Shown here one piece after another: positions 27,222 through 40,504 of a stretch of 64,000 nt of DNA. Source of the stretch: Mytilus edulis (Eukaryota); NCBI RefSeq assembly GCF_963676685.1, contig NC_092357.1, forward strand, positions 51,956,001-52,020,000, read 5' to 3'. The position numbers and the translations under genes were made by a program. The first letter of the stretch is position 1. The number at the start of each line of letters is the position of its first letter. The notes under the pieces were generated by a model. That model was not told the origin of the DNA. It saw only the letters and a program-made list of their open reading frames with translations, and ran no database searches.

Positions 27222-30217
27222 CTAGTCCTTATTATGCCCGGGGGCACATAGGGCAAGGACTAGTTCTTTCCACTCATCTCTGTTCTGTGCTTTCTTTTCT
27301 ATTACACCCCAGCTGATTCCATGTTCTTTCATTTCAGCTTCAACTGTTCTTCTCCAAGTTGTTTTGGGGCGCCTTTCTTCCTTTTCCCCTCAGGTGTCCA
27401 TCTTAGGGCTACTCTGGTCAAGTAGCTCTGCTGGTCTTCTAAGAACATGGCTAATCCATCTCCATCTTTTCTGCTTCAATAGAGTCTCCATGTTGTTGGA
27501 TCCTGTTGTTTCATGGAGGTCTTTGTTTGTGATTTTACGCGGCCAGAATATCCTTAATATCTTTCTAAGGCAACCGTTGTGAAAACTGGAGAGCTTGTTG
27601 ATGTCTTTTTCTGTCATTCTCCAGCATTCCGCCCCATATAGTAGCACTGCTAGTACACAACTGTTATATAATCTAATTTTGGTGTTCTTACTGATGTTGC
27701 TTGTCTTCCAGATGTGTCTTAGTTTTAAAAATGCAGTTCTTGCTTTTCCTATTTTGGCTCTGATGTCTTTGTCTGCTCCTCCTTCAGATGTTACGATGCT
27801 GCCCAAGTAGGTGAAAGATGAAGTGCAAACTAGGGGTGTCCCATTTAAATCTATTAAAGGAGGCTCTGAGGTGTTAAGAGGCATCACTTCTGATTTCTTG
27901 ATGTTGATATTTAATCCAATCAAACTTGCATTCTTTTGTAACTTAGTGGTTTTGTCTTGCATGTGTGTTTCTAGATGCGACAATAAGGCCAGATCATCTG
28001 CAAAGTCCAGATCTTCTAGGTAGCTAAAAAGAGTCCATCTAATGCCTGTGTTGTTACTGTTACTGATGGTGGAATTCATTACCCAATCGACAACTATTAT
28101 GAATAGAAGGGAAGACATAACACAGCCTTGTCTAACTCCAGATTTTACTAGAAAGCTGATGTCTGATGAAGTTCCCACAGTGCATCTGAATTCTGTATAG
28201 AACATTTCGATAAGTTGTACTATTTTTGCTGGTATTCCATAGCATCGTAAAATCTTCCATAAGCTTTCTCTGTGTATGCTGTCAAAGGCTTTTTCAAAGT
28301 CTATAAAGTTGATTATCAATTGTCTCTGCCATTCTGTGCACTGTTCAAGGATGTTTCGTAGCACGAATATGTGATCACAACAACTCTTTCCTTTTCTAAA
28401 GCCTGCCTGTTCTTTTCTGAGTTTGTTGTCAATTGCTGTTTTAATTCTGTCTATTAGTATTTTGGTGAAAATTTTACTTGGGATTGGTAATAAGGTGATT
28501 CCTCTCCAGTTATTGCAGTTTGTGAGATCACCTTTCTTATCCAGTCTTATGATGTTACCTTCTGACCAGTTTTTAGGTATCTTGATATTTTGCCAGATCT
28601 CTTTGAATGGTGTGTGAAGAATGTTTGCTGTTAAGGCTGGATCTGATTTAAATAGCTCTGCTGATAGCTTATCGTTTCCTGGGGCTTTGTTGTTTTTAAG
28701 ACTCCTTACTGCTCTGATAATCTCCGATCTTGATGGAATTTCTATATTTACTTCAAGGTCGTGCTCTGCTATGGGTATGTTTGCTGTTGTTTCTGGTTCT
28801 GGCCTATTTAATACTTCTTTGAAGTGCTCATTCCATCTATTCTCTTGTTCTCTTTCAGATGTTATTAGATTACCCTGTTTGTCTTTTACTGGCATGTTGG
28901 TGTTTCTTTTTTTACCACAAAGTTTCTTTGTAATTTGGTAAAGGTCGCCCATTCTTTGCTCAGACGCAGCTTTTTCAGCCTCCAGAGCCAATCCCTCGAT
29001 GAAATCTTTTTTATCTTTTCTGGTGGCTTTCTTAACGTCCTTGTGACAGTTGGAGTATTGACCCATTAGTCTATCTTTTAGTCTATCAGAGCGAGTGTTG
29101 CAGATCTTTTTCTTTAGCTCTTTCCTGTTGTCAATCAGTGTCCATGTCTCTTGTTTGATCCATTCTTTGTGCTTTTGGCGTTTGAAACCCAATATTTTTT
29201 CACTGGTCTTTTTAAACAGATCTTCCACTTCTTGCCATTGTTCATCTACTGTTTCACTGTCTTCAGTGTTGTTACTTTTGAGTTGTTCTAAGAGTTGAAA
29301 GCGGTTCTTCAGTTCTAATTTGAAGTCATGGTTGGTTTTCATGTGTCTGAGTTTCCCTGTGTCGAATCTCTGTACTCTGCAAGGTTCTGATGCTCTCATA
29401 AGTTTAAGTTTGATGTTTGCTGTGACAAGATGATGGTCACTTCCAACATCAGCGCCTCGCCTTATTCTCACATCTTGTAAGGATCTTCTCCATTTGCCAT
29501 TAATTGCTATGTGGTCGATCTGGTTTTTATCTCTGCCTCCAGGTGATACCCAAGTCAGCTTATGGACATCCTTGTGTGGGAACAATGTTCCACTTATTAC
29601 AAGATTGTTCAGTCCACAAAAGTCTACTAGATGTTCTCCATTTTCGTTCATGATCCCACAGCCATGTTTCCCCATTATTCTCTCAAAACCACTGTTATCT
29701 TGCCCCACTTTAGCATTAAAATCTCCCATGATGATTGTTAGGTCTTTTTTCGGGATTTTCTCTATCTCAGCTTGGAGCATTTCATAAAATTCTATCTTAA
29801 TTTCTTTATCAGCTTCATTTGTTGGAGAATAGACTTGGATTATTGATGTCTTTATAGGTTTTGTATTTAGTCTTGCTGTTATTATTCTTTCATTGACTGG
29901 ATTATACTCAATGAGTGATTTAGAGGCTGATTTGTTGAGGATAATGGCAACTCCCCCTTGTGTTTGTCATCTTTTCTACCAGAATATATGATTGTATCTC
30001 CTGTATTTGTCAAGTTTTTGCCAAACCCTGTCCATCTACATTCACTTATACCTAATATGTGCAGCTTGTTTTCCTTCATTTCTCTTAACACTTGGGCTTG
30101 TTTTCCTGTCTCATACATGGTACGGATATTCAAAAAACCCAATTTAAGTTTGGTTCTCGCATTCAGGATACTTTTCGTGTGACTAGCTTCCTGTTGGCTT
30201 TCACTAGTCCCATTCAT
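27222..30217 (-). pseudogene. RTE endonuclease-reverse transcriptase ORF with two frameshifts (~29957 and ~27422)
   Basis: ORFs 29882-30217 and 27390-29780 join via a frameshift before GVAIILN. Motifs GISECRW, GDFNA, GSDH, GVRQGC, DFADD, YLGS; the C-terminus ALRWTPEGKRKKGRPKTTWRR...GHNKD* is in a shifted frame. Confidence 0.9.
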
Positions 30218-30595
30218 TTACGCAGAATTCTGCTGGTATTCTGATGATACGAGACGAGTTAAATTTTTTCTAATCCTTGTTTCCGTAATCAGATGCTATT
30301 TTATGAGTAGGGGAGATTACCCCCTAGCTCAACCTCCAACCTGGTGGACCAGGGTTATTTGTTTATGGTTTTCCTTCCAATAGATAGATGCCTTCCTTGG
30401 CTTACGAGTCTGATCTACCCGTTGATTTTGATGTTAGAGTTCTCTTCTCTTAGGAAAGTTGCCGTAACCAGGCTGCGACCCTCTCCTGGCCGACTATTTT
30501 ACCCATAGTTGGGGCAAGGTTAATGAGTGCTAGGGCATGTCCACATACCAGTGGGCCTACACACTGCATTTCTGGGGCCCTTGCTGCTCCGAGAT

Positions 30596-30826
30596 CCCCA
30601 ACAGATTCGCCTGATTTATTGCAATCAGTTACCGTGTGCTACCGCGGGGAGGCTACTGCTGAAGTCTTGATAATGTAGAGGCTATGTACCGGCAGGAAAG
30701 ACTTACTCACTCGGCTTTCTTTTCGCAAAATAAAATTGCTAGCCAGCGGCATAAGACATCCATAGGACAGTCCCATTCACTAGACGCATAACATTACCCT
30801 GTGATGCACTACCATCACCAACACAC
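30596..30826 (-). ncRNA. HDV-like self-cleaving ribozyme at the RTE 5' end
   Basis: P1 GUGUGUU (30826-30820) with AGCACAC (30640-30634); P2 CAGCAG with CUGUUG; P3 GCC/GGU; L3 UCCCCGC; P1.1 GG; P4 CUGAUU/AAUCAG; J4/2 GCGAA with putative catalytic C at 30609. Confidence 0.85.
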
Positions 30827-32999
30827 AAAGATTGGCAATACCTAAGCATTTCTACAAGGAGTCCATCTTTCCATACCTTATCAAATGCTCTTTGTAGATC
30901 TACACAGACAGCCAACGTTACTATCTTGGATTGGAAGGCATCTTCTACTTCCTGTGATAGATGTGTAGTCTGATCTTCTGTGCTTTTGTATTGTCTAAAA
31001 CCAGCTTGTTCATGTCAAATGATCTTCTCTGTCTGACTCTAAGTTCATGTGCATGCGCTTGTTTATTATGCGCTCCAACAATTAACAACAGCTGCTTGTT
31101 AGGTGTATAGGACAATAACCTGAGGATTGATTTATTCTTTCCTTTCTTTTGTATTGACATTATTATTGCTTCCTTCCAGCATAATGTGGGACTTGACCTG
31201 GTCTCTAGCTAAAATTGAATATGTCCAGCAAAGTGTTTAGTGACGAGTTCCCTAGATGTTGAAGCATCTCATTTGCGATGTTATCTGGACCTGGAGACTT
31301 TTTCTTCTTTAGCTTTCTTATACTAGTAGATTGTTTCATCTAAGACATTGTGTGATGTCAGTCTGCATGATTTCATGTGCTGGTATTTTCTGTCTTTCTC
31401 TAATACCTGTTCATTACTTCTTTTTTTTACGTAAAGTTGGATTGTTGGTATTGCTTTCTTCTTCATAACCTTTTGCAAATGCATTTGCAGCAGCTTTTCC
31501 TGTAGTTGTTTTTCCTTCAAAATCCAGAGTTATCTTTTGGCCTTAACTTCCCTCATAATTTAGAGCTTTTGTCAAGTTTTTTCGTTTTTGTTTGATGTTA
31601 TTCTTCTTGCTGGGGTTTGATTCAGACTCTTATCTTGCTCTTGTGATTGCATCAAGTGTTTCCTGATGATTTCATTGGATCAGTATGGCTTGTAGTCCTT
31701 TCTCACACCCCTTGGTATACTTTCTTTTGCTTGCGTTGAATACCGTATCTTGACAACATTGTTGATGTTCTTTCCTTCAGTAACTATGTCCTTTTTAAGT
31801 TCATTTGCTATTGTTTCAATTTTGCCCCAGTTTGCCTTCTTGTAACTCCATCTTGGTAATTGAGCATTAATAGGTGTCTTTGTTCCTCTGTACAGAAAGC
31901 TAGGTATAGTGTTGTTATTGTGTGCCAGCGGCAAATTGAAGGTTTGTGTATCAGTTGGGTCATTGACAAGAATAAGATGGTGTTCATCTTGCCAATCTTC
32001 TTTTTATCATTTGTGTTGTATCCCCAGCTATGAGATTGGCTGTTAAAATCTACCATGAGAAAGTTAATGTCTGATACCTGTATGGTATCTAGGGAGAGTT
32101 TCTTATCATTTAGACAGTAGAAGTTGACAATGTTATAAGAGCTTTGCCCAATGATGGTTTTTCAAGATTTTCTCGGTGCTTTCATCATATACTAGTATGT
32201 TGTAATCTCCCTGGCATTTATGTTGTTTCTGAACACCTCCTTTCTTTCTTTTCTGTCACTCCTGAAAACTTGGTATCCTTTGACTTTAAAAAAAATTCCT
32301 TCTTGCAAGTGTGTTTCCTGAACACAGGAGATGTTATCATTGTTTTCATGTAGAAAATGATGCAATTCATCTCTTTTGTTAGATACCCCTTCTGCATTCT
32401 AGTGCATGATGTTAATGACTGGTTGTTCTTTCAGCTTTGGCTTGGTGTTTTTTTCGGCCAGTAGCTCTCCTTGTTCGACTCCCGACTCCACAAGACGAAA
32501 CAAAGGTACCCCAGTAGAATTTGATGAACTCTTTGGTGGGTCCTCACAGGGCGAGCACCACTCCTCATAGGGCGAGCTCCACATCGATTGGTTGTGATTC
32601 AAGTGTCATAACGGATGTTTGTGCGTGGTGTTGTGGTCTGTCAAGAGTGCGCTGTATAGCCCAACACTGCCGTCTTCAGCACTGTAGGTTTTCTGTAGGG
32701 GTTACCTTCAACTTCGGAACAAATGTTCTGATCCTGGAAATTCAGATTTTCCTCAAGGTTGTCTTCTGAAGCCTTTCCCATCTGCCCAAGGATATCTGAT
32801 TTTGAGGCGCCAGTGGCTTGCCTTCGTCCCTTCTCCAGTCAGATGAAACAGTTCCACCAGGTTTACAAATAATAAACCACTCGTGAAGGTTGGAGCTTAT
32901 CAGAGACTGTATGAGACGCATGCCAAAAGCAGTAATTTCATTGAATTGGGAGCCTATTTCCCAATTCCACCCCTTTGCTTAACAACTTTTTGGAAGCAG

Positions 33000-33548
33000 G
33001 TCAAGGTCAAATTCTATCAGCCTTTAAATAAATTTTCAGATGAATCAAATAACCCATTATTGGGTAGCTGACATTAAAATTACCAATTTATAATGAAAGT
33101 TTGCAGTTTTGGGTTATTATCTTGAATATTATAATAGATAAAGATAAACTGTAAAGAACAAAAATGTTCAGCAAAGGAAGATCTACAAATAAGTTCATAT
33201 GAACAAAATTGTCTATTTACCCCTGAGGAGTTATTGCCCTTGAGAACAATTTTACACAATTTGTTGATCATGTTTGCTAACTCTTAAAAATCTTGCTCTC
33301 TGAAACCACTGAACCAATTCCAACCAAACCAAAGCTGAATGATCCTTAGAATATCTAGAACAAAGTTTGTGTTTTATTTTCTGTTTAGTCAAAAAACTTG
33401 GCTGGCATGGGTAAAAATAGAAGATTAAGGTAAAATGCAGTTTTTGGCTTATATCTCAAAAACCAAATCATTTAGAGAAAATCTGACATGCTGTGAAGTT
33501 TTTCATTAGGTTAAGTTCTATCAGCACTGAAATATTAAGATGAATCCA
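33000..33548 (+). mobile_element. Degenerate HINE-like core fragment
   Basis: Reverse-complement similarity to the ~500-bp core in 15680-17130. Confidence 0.6.
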
Positions 33549-35683
33549 ATGCTTTTTAAGAAAATATGACGGATGCAAAGAGTGTTTAAATAGCATTTTA
33601 AGCTATAACGGTTTACTTTTACAAAATGTGACTTGGATAAAGAATTGTCTTATTGACACTCATACCACATCTTCTTATATCTATATACCACACATCTTCT
33701 TTTATTCATAATCAGCTGACCACATAAAATGTGTAGTTCATTAAAAGAAGTATATTTTTTCATAAATTTTATTCATAATTATTTGATGAAGTATTTTACA
33801 TCCATTAAAATCTGTAGTAGCATTTTGTATAAACAGATAAAACAAAGATTGCATGCTAAGCACTAAAACAACAAGATTTAAACATAAAAATTTGTGAAAA
33901 TGCAATATTACAATAACGATGTAAAGTTTGTTAGGTGGGTAAAAAGAAATTTGGCATAATACATTGTAAATATAAAAAGTATGATAAAGCTAAAAATTTG
34001 TCATATTTTAAGTGTTAAGTTTTCTGTACATAAGACTTTATCAATAATTATAAGATCATGATCAAACTTACTCGACAGACTACCAACTAACTTTATTGAA
34101 GACAAAATGAGATATGTAACGGAACAACAATAATATGGTTTGAACAATAAAACTTCTGTCATGCACTTGATCTTTCTTCACCAGAAAGAATATAAAAAAG
34201 ATGATGCCTCTATTACAATGCATATTAACCAATTTTAATCATTTTTTGCATTCAAAAATTTTGTTGGCATTGGTTTCCTTTCTCTAGCATAAACTGGTTG
34301 GTGTAGGATATATAATCCAATAAACTGGAAAACAAACATTTAGCAGAGGTCTAGTGAAGCCATCTGACCATAAAATATCATGGAACTAAACATACAAACA
34401 AAAATAAGGTCATGTTGCTAATGTTGGACAGAAGTATACCCTACACAGCAAGTCTAAGGAGAGGCTTTCTTTCATACATTATAGAACTCATTACATCAAC
34501 TTGTATGCATCAACTTGAAAACAAAATCAACTTAAGGAAGACCTGTTTGGAAATCAAATTAGCAAGAATTGGACTGGCATCCTTTATAACCATGTGTATT
34601 GGACTGGCATCCTTTATAACCAGGTGTACTTCTCTCATTATCTTTTTTCATGCCAAAAATAAATGTTAAAACATTGAAGGTATCAATGAATAAAAACATG
34701 ATATCACTATTAATTTATCAATACAATAAAAACATGATATCACTATTAATTTATCAATACAATAAATTACTATTTATTACAATACAATGTCTAAAGACAT
34801 TTCAGTAAAACATTGTTTTGAGTCAAATAAATACTCTTGTTTGTTGTATGAAAACTGACTCAATATAAAAGCACAAAGCTGGAATCCTAAAATTGCTTGT
34901 TTGGGTTAATAAGTTTTAGAAAGTGGCTTCTCTGGTCGATCTAATAGACATTCCTAAGTTGTCTGCGTTCCAATAAAACACAAAAATAAAATTCTTCTAT
35001 TAAAAGAATATCTTTGTTACTGATGGCTCAACAACTTAATGAAGTGTGTGTGATTCTATTTTACTTTTTTTTTATGGCTAATGAATCATTATACTCAGAA
35101 ACTGATACATCTTCACATAGTATGTCTCTTTGATTGAGTAAAAAATAACATGAAATAAATTTCAATTAAATATTCATATTTTGCACATAGCAAATTTTGT
35201 TGACATTAATTCTTTCTACCCTTTTAACAGAGAATTCTCTTTTTTCAGTATAATACCAGGCTACCATTATAGTTTGGAGATGAGATGAAGGGAGAAACTC
35301 ATTATTTACAAATGTACATTATATGTAGGAAGACTAGAACTTTGAACATAGAAAAAGATGGCACCATTGAAGAGAAAATGCTCATATTATATTTGTTAAG
35401 GGATGCTTATCTATGAGTCAATGGACATAAATATTTTAACAGAGTAAGACAGGAGTCAAGATTTAAATTTAAACAAAAGGTAAAAAAAAAGAAAAAAAGT
35501 TTTAAAACTAAATTTGAAATGTTTATATATTTTTTGTTATATAGAGGATGCATCACAATTGTTATGACTTGACCTACTGTATAAAGATTAAAGTGAAACA
35601 TGAAAAGACAATATCTAAGCATACTTCACTTTGCTTTGTTGAATGTGAAAAAGTGTTGTCAACAATGGACAAACAATTGTTTC

Positions 35684-35828
35684 CAGTGGCGGATCCAGAA
35701 AAAGTGGGGGCGAACTGACTACCTAAGAGGGGGCCCACTCCAGTCACGCTTCAGTGATTCTCTATATAAGCAACCCAATTTTTTCCCAAAAAAGGGGGGC
35801 TTGCCCCCCCCCCCTAAATCCGCCTCTG
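35684..35828 (+). mobile_element. MITE CAGTGGCGGATCC...ATCCGCCTCTG with 5-bp TSD
   Basis: TSD GTTTC at 35679-35683 and 35829-35833. Confidence 0.85.
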
Positions 35829-37663
35829 GTTTCACGATACATTTATGTCCACTGACTTACAATATATAGTTGTTAGTATTACATTTATTGTATCAACTTG
35901 GTTGATTAAGTCTGAGATCGTACAAAATAAATAAGACAGATACAACAACATGAATTAATGAAAAGAACTTCAGGCAAATTATCAAATATAGTTAAAATCA
36001 AACCAAATTATTAAGTTGAAACTTATGTTCAGATGAATTCAAGCAGACTTGCAGAGTCAAAAATAAGAAGAACCTTTTCAATCTAGCTGCTTGTTAATGT
36101 TCTTTTTTTTATATTCCTGAGTGAAAAAGATAGGATTCTCAGGTCTCACTAAAGTCCAAGAGTTAACTGGTGTTTTGGCACAAGTTATCTGAAGAATCTT
36201 AAGTACTTGTAAAATCAGCTGAACTTATGTAATGGTAAAATACTTAGAATTTCATTAAAGAAACATATAAAATAAACCAAAGCTTAATGCACTTTGTATA
36301 AACTTGAAATCAAATAAAAATATGTCTCAATATCAGCAAAATTTATTGTTTTTCTGGTAAATCCAATAGGTATTCTCAGACCTTGATAATGACATTATTT
36401 ATACAAACTATTATCATGTTAATGGTATGAAATATTCAAGTAAATATGAGGTCAATTGAAACATCTTACTTATCCAAATTGACGGAAAACAAAATTTATC
36501 AATAGATATAAAAGTTTCATTTTCAGCTTTTTTCCCGTTATTAGAAAGTGAAAGGAAGATATCCTTAAACTGGGATACAAATTAAAGGTGCACATCAAAA
36601 CTGTTGATAAACTACTTTTGATAACTTTTGTTTTATGGAGAATTACACCACTAAAAAATCTAATTCCAGCTTTGGTTTTGTGCAATTCATCATTGAATTG
36701 ATAAGGTTTGATCAACTATAATTTAATGGCATATTCAAACAGAATAACTACCACAATAAGCACATTAGTTTGGCTATAGTTTCCTGATGTATAAAATGAT
36801 TTGTCACAATGAAGAAATAATTGTTACTACATGAAACATTGGCATTTAAAAATACACAAAACATATAAGCCATTTACTATCATTATATTGCATAGCACAG
36901 ATACATATAACATACATATACATACTTATCATTGGATTTCTAAAATGTTAAATGAACACTTGTCATTGAATAGTACTTTACTGGTATAACTCTCTTAAGA
37001 AATCACATTAAGTCTCTGTTGTGTCTGGTCAGCTTTGAAACGGAATTTCATAAGGAAAGTCTAAGCAAAGTTAAATTTGTAAATTTTGTTGATGGTTTAC
37101 TAGTAAATCATCTGTCTTTTGACTTTATTAATTAGAAGTAGTCCAGGAACACAACTCTTTAGCATCATTATTATCATTTCAGTTTGAGCTTAATGGAGTT
37201 AACCCTAACACATTGTTTTTAAAACTTGTATTTGTCAAATTAAGATAGAGTTAAAGTATTTGTAGAAATGATGTAGGGAATACAACACTGAGACATTCTC
37301 ATAAATATGTGATGGATTTCTTAACAATAAACAAAAATAATCTCTAAGAGGCACATTGGTCTTATAAACACTTCCAAATATAACAATGTACTGTTCACAC
37401 CAGAAGTATAACCTCTGATTTAAAATGCAAAATGAAACTTGATTTAGTCTAAAAATAGTAACAACTCCAATAACTATGTTTTATACTTCATGAGGTTATA
37501 ATGTTTCTTACATAACAGATAGAATAAATAACTGAAATATCAACAATTAATATTTGGTAAACTCAACAATACTTCAGTAGTAAAACAATTAACTGTCAAG
37601 AATCTATATGGCATACTCAAACACTTGCAGAGTAATGTAAACTTAGAGGTATGTTGTGTTTAA

Positions 37664-38262
37664 GGGCATATAATACAGATAGAGGGGAGGTAATGATGTT
37701 TCTGATGTTAAATTGTTATTTTTTGAAATCCAAAATTTAACAGATCAAGAAAAGATGTGTTTTTTGACTGAATTTGATCGATAGCTTGCAAACAAGTACA
37801 TATAGACCCCTCTTTTTAAAAAAGACATTTGACTTGTACCAATTTTAAGGAACAAATCACAGATAATTTCTAAATAGATCAGATAAAAATACAGCAGGAC
37901 ATGCTGGTTTCTTATAAAATAATGAATTTTTTTTAAAGTGAATTATTTCCATAGAATTGTATCACATATTTAGATCATACTTCTATAAAGAACATATTTC
38001 AAATGCTTTCACCTAAAAAAACAAACATGCCTGTTTATCATTTGAAACAAAAAAGTAAGGTGTGATTTTTCAATATTGATAAAATGTTGAAAAAAGTAAC
38101 TTTTGAGTAAATGTCTAAATTTTGACCCCATATATCTCTAAAAGTAGTACTTGAATGTATATTTTCAATTGCATATTTAAATGGACTTAGGACAAAAAAA
38201 ATAGCTTGTATGCAATTTTTCGTCAAAAATTCAGGGTGACATGAAAGCTGTATCATATGCCC
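37664..38262. mobile_element. Kolobok-type non-autonomous DNA transposon
   Basis: TTAA TSDs; TIR GGGCATAT(A/G)ATACAG 14/15 match; purine-purine termini. Confidence 0.8.
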
Positions 38263-39831
38263 TTAACCAATTTTTAATATAACTTTTTACCTACAACCAC
38301 TTTATTTTATTTTTTTAAATCATTACTGGACTTTTTTAGTGGAAATTGAAACATAAAATAAAATTTAACGGTAGCAACCTAAATCTACATTCCTTTTACA
38401 GGTAAGAGGCTTACTAATTACAGGTAGCAAGTTTCTGTAGATTTAAGCATTAGACAGATTCCAGTTGTCATGCACTTTTGACATATTCATAATAGTACTT
38501 TTTAGTCTCCACTATTTCAAGAAAAACTTTGTTCAATTTAACAACTGGTTTCTAACAATTCATGCTCACATAGGGTGATCATATATACATATATTTTTAA
38601 ATTCCATCCTGAAAAATTAAAATTAATTTAAAATTAAGATCAGATATATGTTTTTTTAAATAAGATTAATCTGAACTCTCTCACACGCTTAAAATAATTA
38701 TCACAGTTCATAACATTTACATACAGATCTTAGATAAACAATCGTTTAATGGTCACTTTTGATTCGGTATGTAAGGAAATCGTATTCTATAACCTGAAAA
38801 AATATTTGATATATAAAATGTTTTCGGCGGCAAATTAAAAAATATTGGTGGCATTTTCTTATATTTTATCTGAATTTTGAAATGCGGAAACAAGTTCCCT
38901 TATAAAATTGTCTAAATTTTCTTGTCATTGATATATATGGTGGATTTGCAGTCAAATGTAAATATGATTCCTTCTTTGTTAACACAATAGAGATCTTACC
39001 GTGTACAATTGGACATACCAACATGTATTTGTCACCTTCCACTCTCTGTTTATATCTAATAGTATTGTACTTTCTGAACACAATCAAATTCATCATAAAA
39101 TTGTTACATATATTTGTTCACAATTTATGATAAGATAATTTCAGACAATAATATGCGACACAAAAAATGTATTTTGTATTTAGGTAATATCTTTGTTATC
39201 ATACCGTAGTGCATTTATTTCCTTCATGTTTTATTTATGTTCATTTTTAAAAAGATAACTAAATTATAATATATTACATCAGCTAGAACACATTGTTTAA
39301 CAATTTAAATAGTATAATATTTTCTAACAATAACAACATATATATTATCTAAGCTGCATGCACAGATCTATCACCAGCCTTGTATATAAAGTCACATGGT
39401 GTACACATGTACTGTACTGAGCCTTGTATATAAAGTCACATGGTGTACACGTGTACTGTGGTCCCTGCTCAATGTCGATAGTATCACAACCTGTTCAGTG
39501 AATAATCTCAAACAAATGGTTCTTGTGTATAAAATGACTGTATATATATATCACATATCTTCTTGGCAGTATTAACTGTCCCTGACCACTATTGCCTTGG
39601 CTTAACAAAGCTGTATAACACAACCATAAACATAACTCCTGGTTGGTTAATGTATCCATGGTTATCACAACCAAGTTAGTTATCACTATTTGGCAGTATG
39701 GGCTATAACATGTATAAAGTTATCTCCCTTTGTAATAAACAGTTGGTAGTAAACCAACATGTTAAAACTCCCGAACTTTCTTAAGAGTGATTAACTTTGT
39801 GAAAGGGAGATAACACTGACAACACACATGA

Positions 39832-40064
39832 CTACACTGTTGTTTCAGAGTTATCCTCTACAATCATTAAAGGCTTCAGTTCTGTGCCGTTTACTTTCAT
39901 GTCATTGTAATAATCAGATGAGTTAGATTTCCGTGGCAATTGAGCATTTGTATGTACTGGACTGTCAAAATATTCCGGGTTATGAAATTGTAGCACAGGA
40001 TCAGGCTTCATGTACGTTGTATCATCCTCGTCATCAAACACAGGCTTATTCTCATTGATGTAAT
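39832..40064 (-). CDS. EGFR: EGF receptor terminal coding exon
   Basis: DYINENKPVF...FHNPEYF...DYYND...NSETTV*, with an NPxY motif, YxN motifs and a class I PDZ-type C-terminus; TAG at 39834-39832. Confidence 0.92.
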
Positions 40065-40504
40065 CTGTAATGTAAACTCAAGTTGTAGTTTATAAATAAA
40101 TAAAAGGACCATATGTCCAATGATCAAGATTTAGAGGGTGAGGGTTGAGAAATCAGCCTGAAATGTTTAACCTTGCCACATGAACCTATAATAAGTGAGG
40201 AACCTTTTCAGTGGTTGTCTTTTGTCATTTCCTATATGTTTTGTTTTTTGTATTTTATGTTGTTGATGGCAGATACTTGAACATACTGATTTACATTTTA
40301 AAAGTTGTAGCTCACAAGGTCCTTAGGAGAGATGACCTATGGTTTATATCACTTTTCATTTCAATCACTTTTTGGTTCATATTAGTTACATAGCTTTTAA
40401 TGTCATCAATACTGTTAATTTTTACAGATAACGTATCAAATTAAGACAATAAATAAGTTGCCAATAATGGAGTGTTAACTGCCAGTGCTGGCGTATGGAA
40501 TGGA

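Larger units (their letters stand above)
27213..30827 (-). mobile_element. Full-length RTE-clade LINE, near-intact
   Basis: 17-bp TSD AAGATTGGCAATACCTA at 27196-27212 and 30828-30844; (TAGG)n tail; ~610-nt 5' UTR; single APE-RT ORF. Confidence 0.93.
25085..32930 (-). mobile_element. Decayed APE-RT-RNase H LINE (Ingi/I-group-like) hosting nested insertions
   Basis: Fragments DFNSQSHSW (APE), AFDKVWKDGLL, GVSQG.VL.PTLF.LFMN (RT), RVYTDGSA...NYKAE...VVFLTDALS (RNase H) and C-terminal WPSE...EKLY...TTRFVEETGIQV*; many frameshifts. The 5' boundary is approximate. Confidence 0.8.

Noticed and set aside
27364-30182. Plus-strand ORFs over the RTE element
   Set aside because: Antisense shadows of the RT ORF with no recognisable motifs.
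32845-32930. Possible ribozyme at the 5' end of the RNase H LINE (ACAGU/ACUGU pairing, GGUUUA/UAAACC stem, CUGAUAA)
   Set aside because: I could not build a complete HDV or hammerhead fold from this decayed copy; a family consensus would be needed.
33700-39831. EGFR 3' UTR extent and poly(A) site
   Set aside because: Many AATAAA-like hexamers in AT-rich sequence; cannot be fixed without transcript data.
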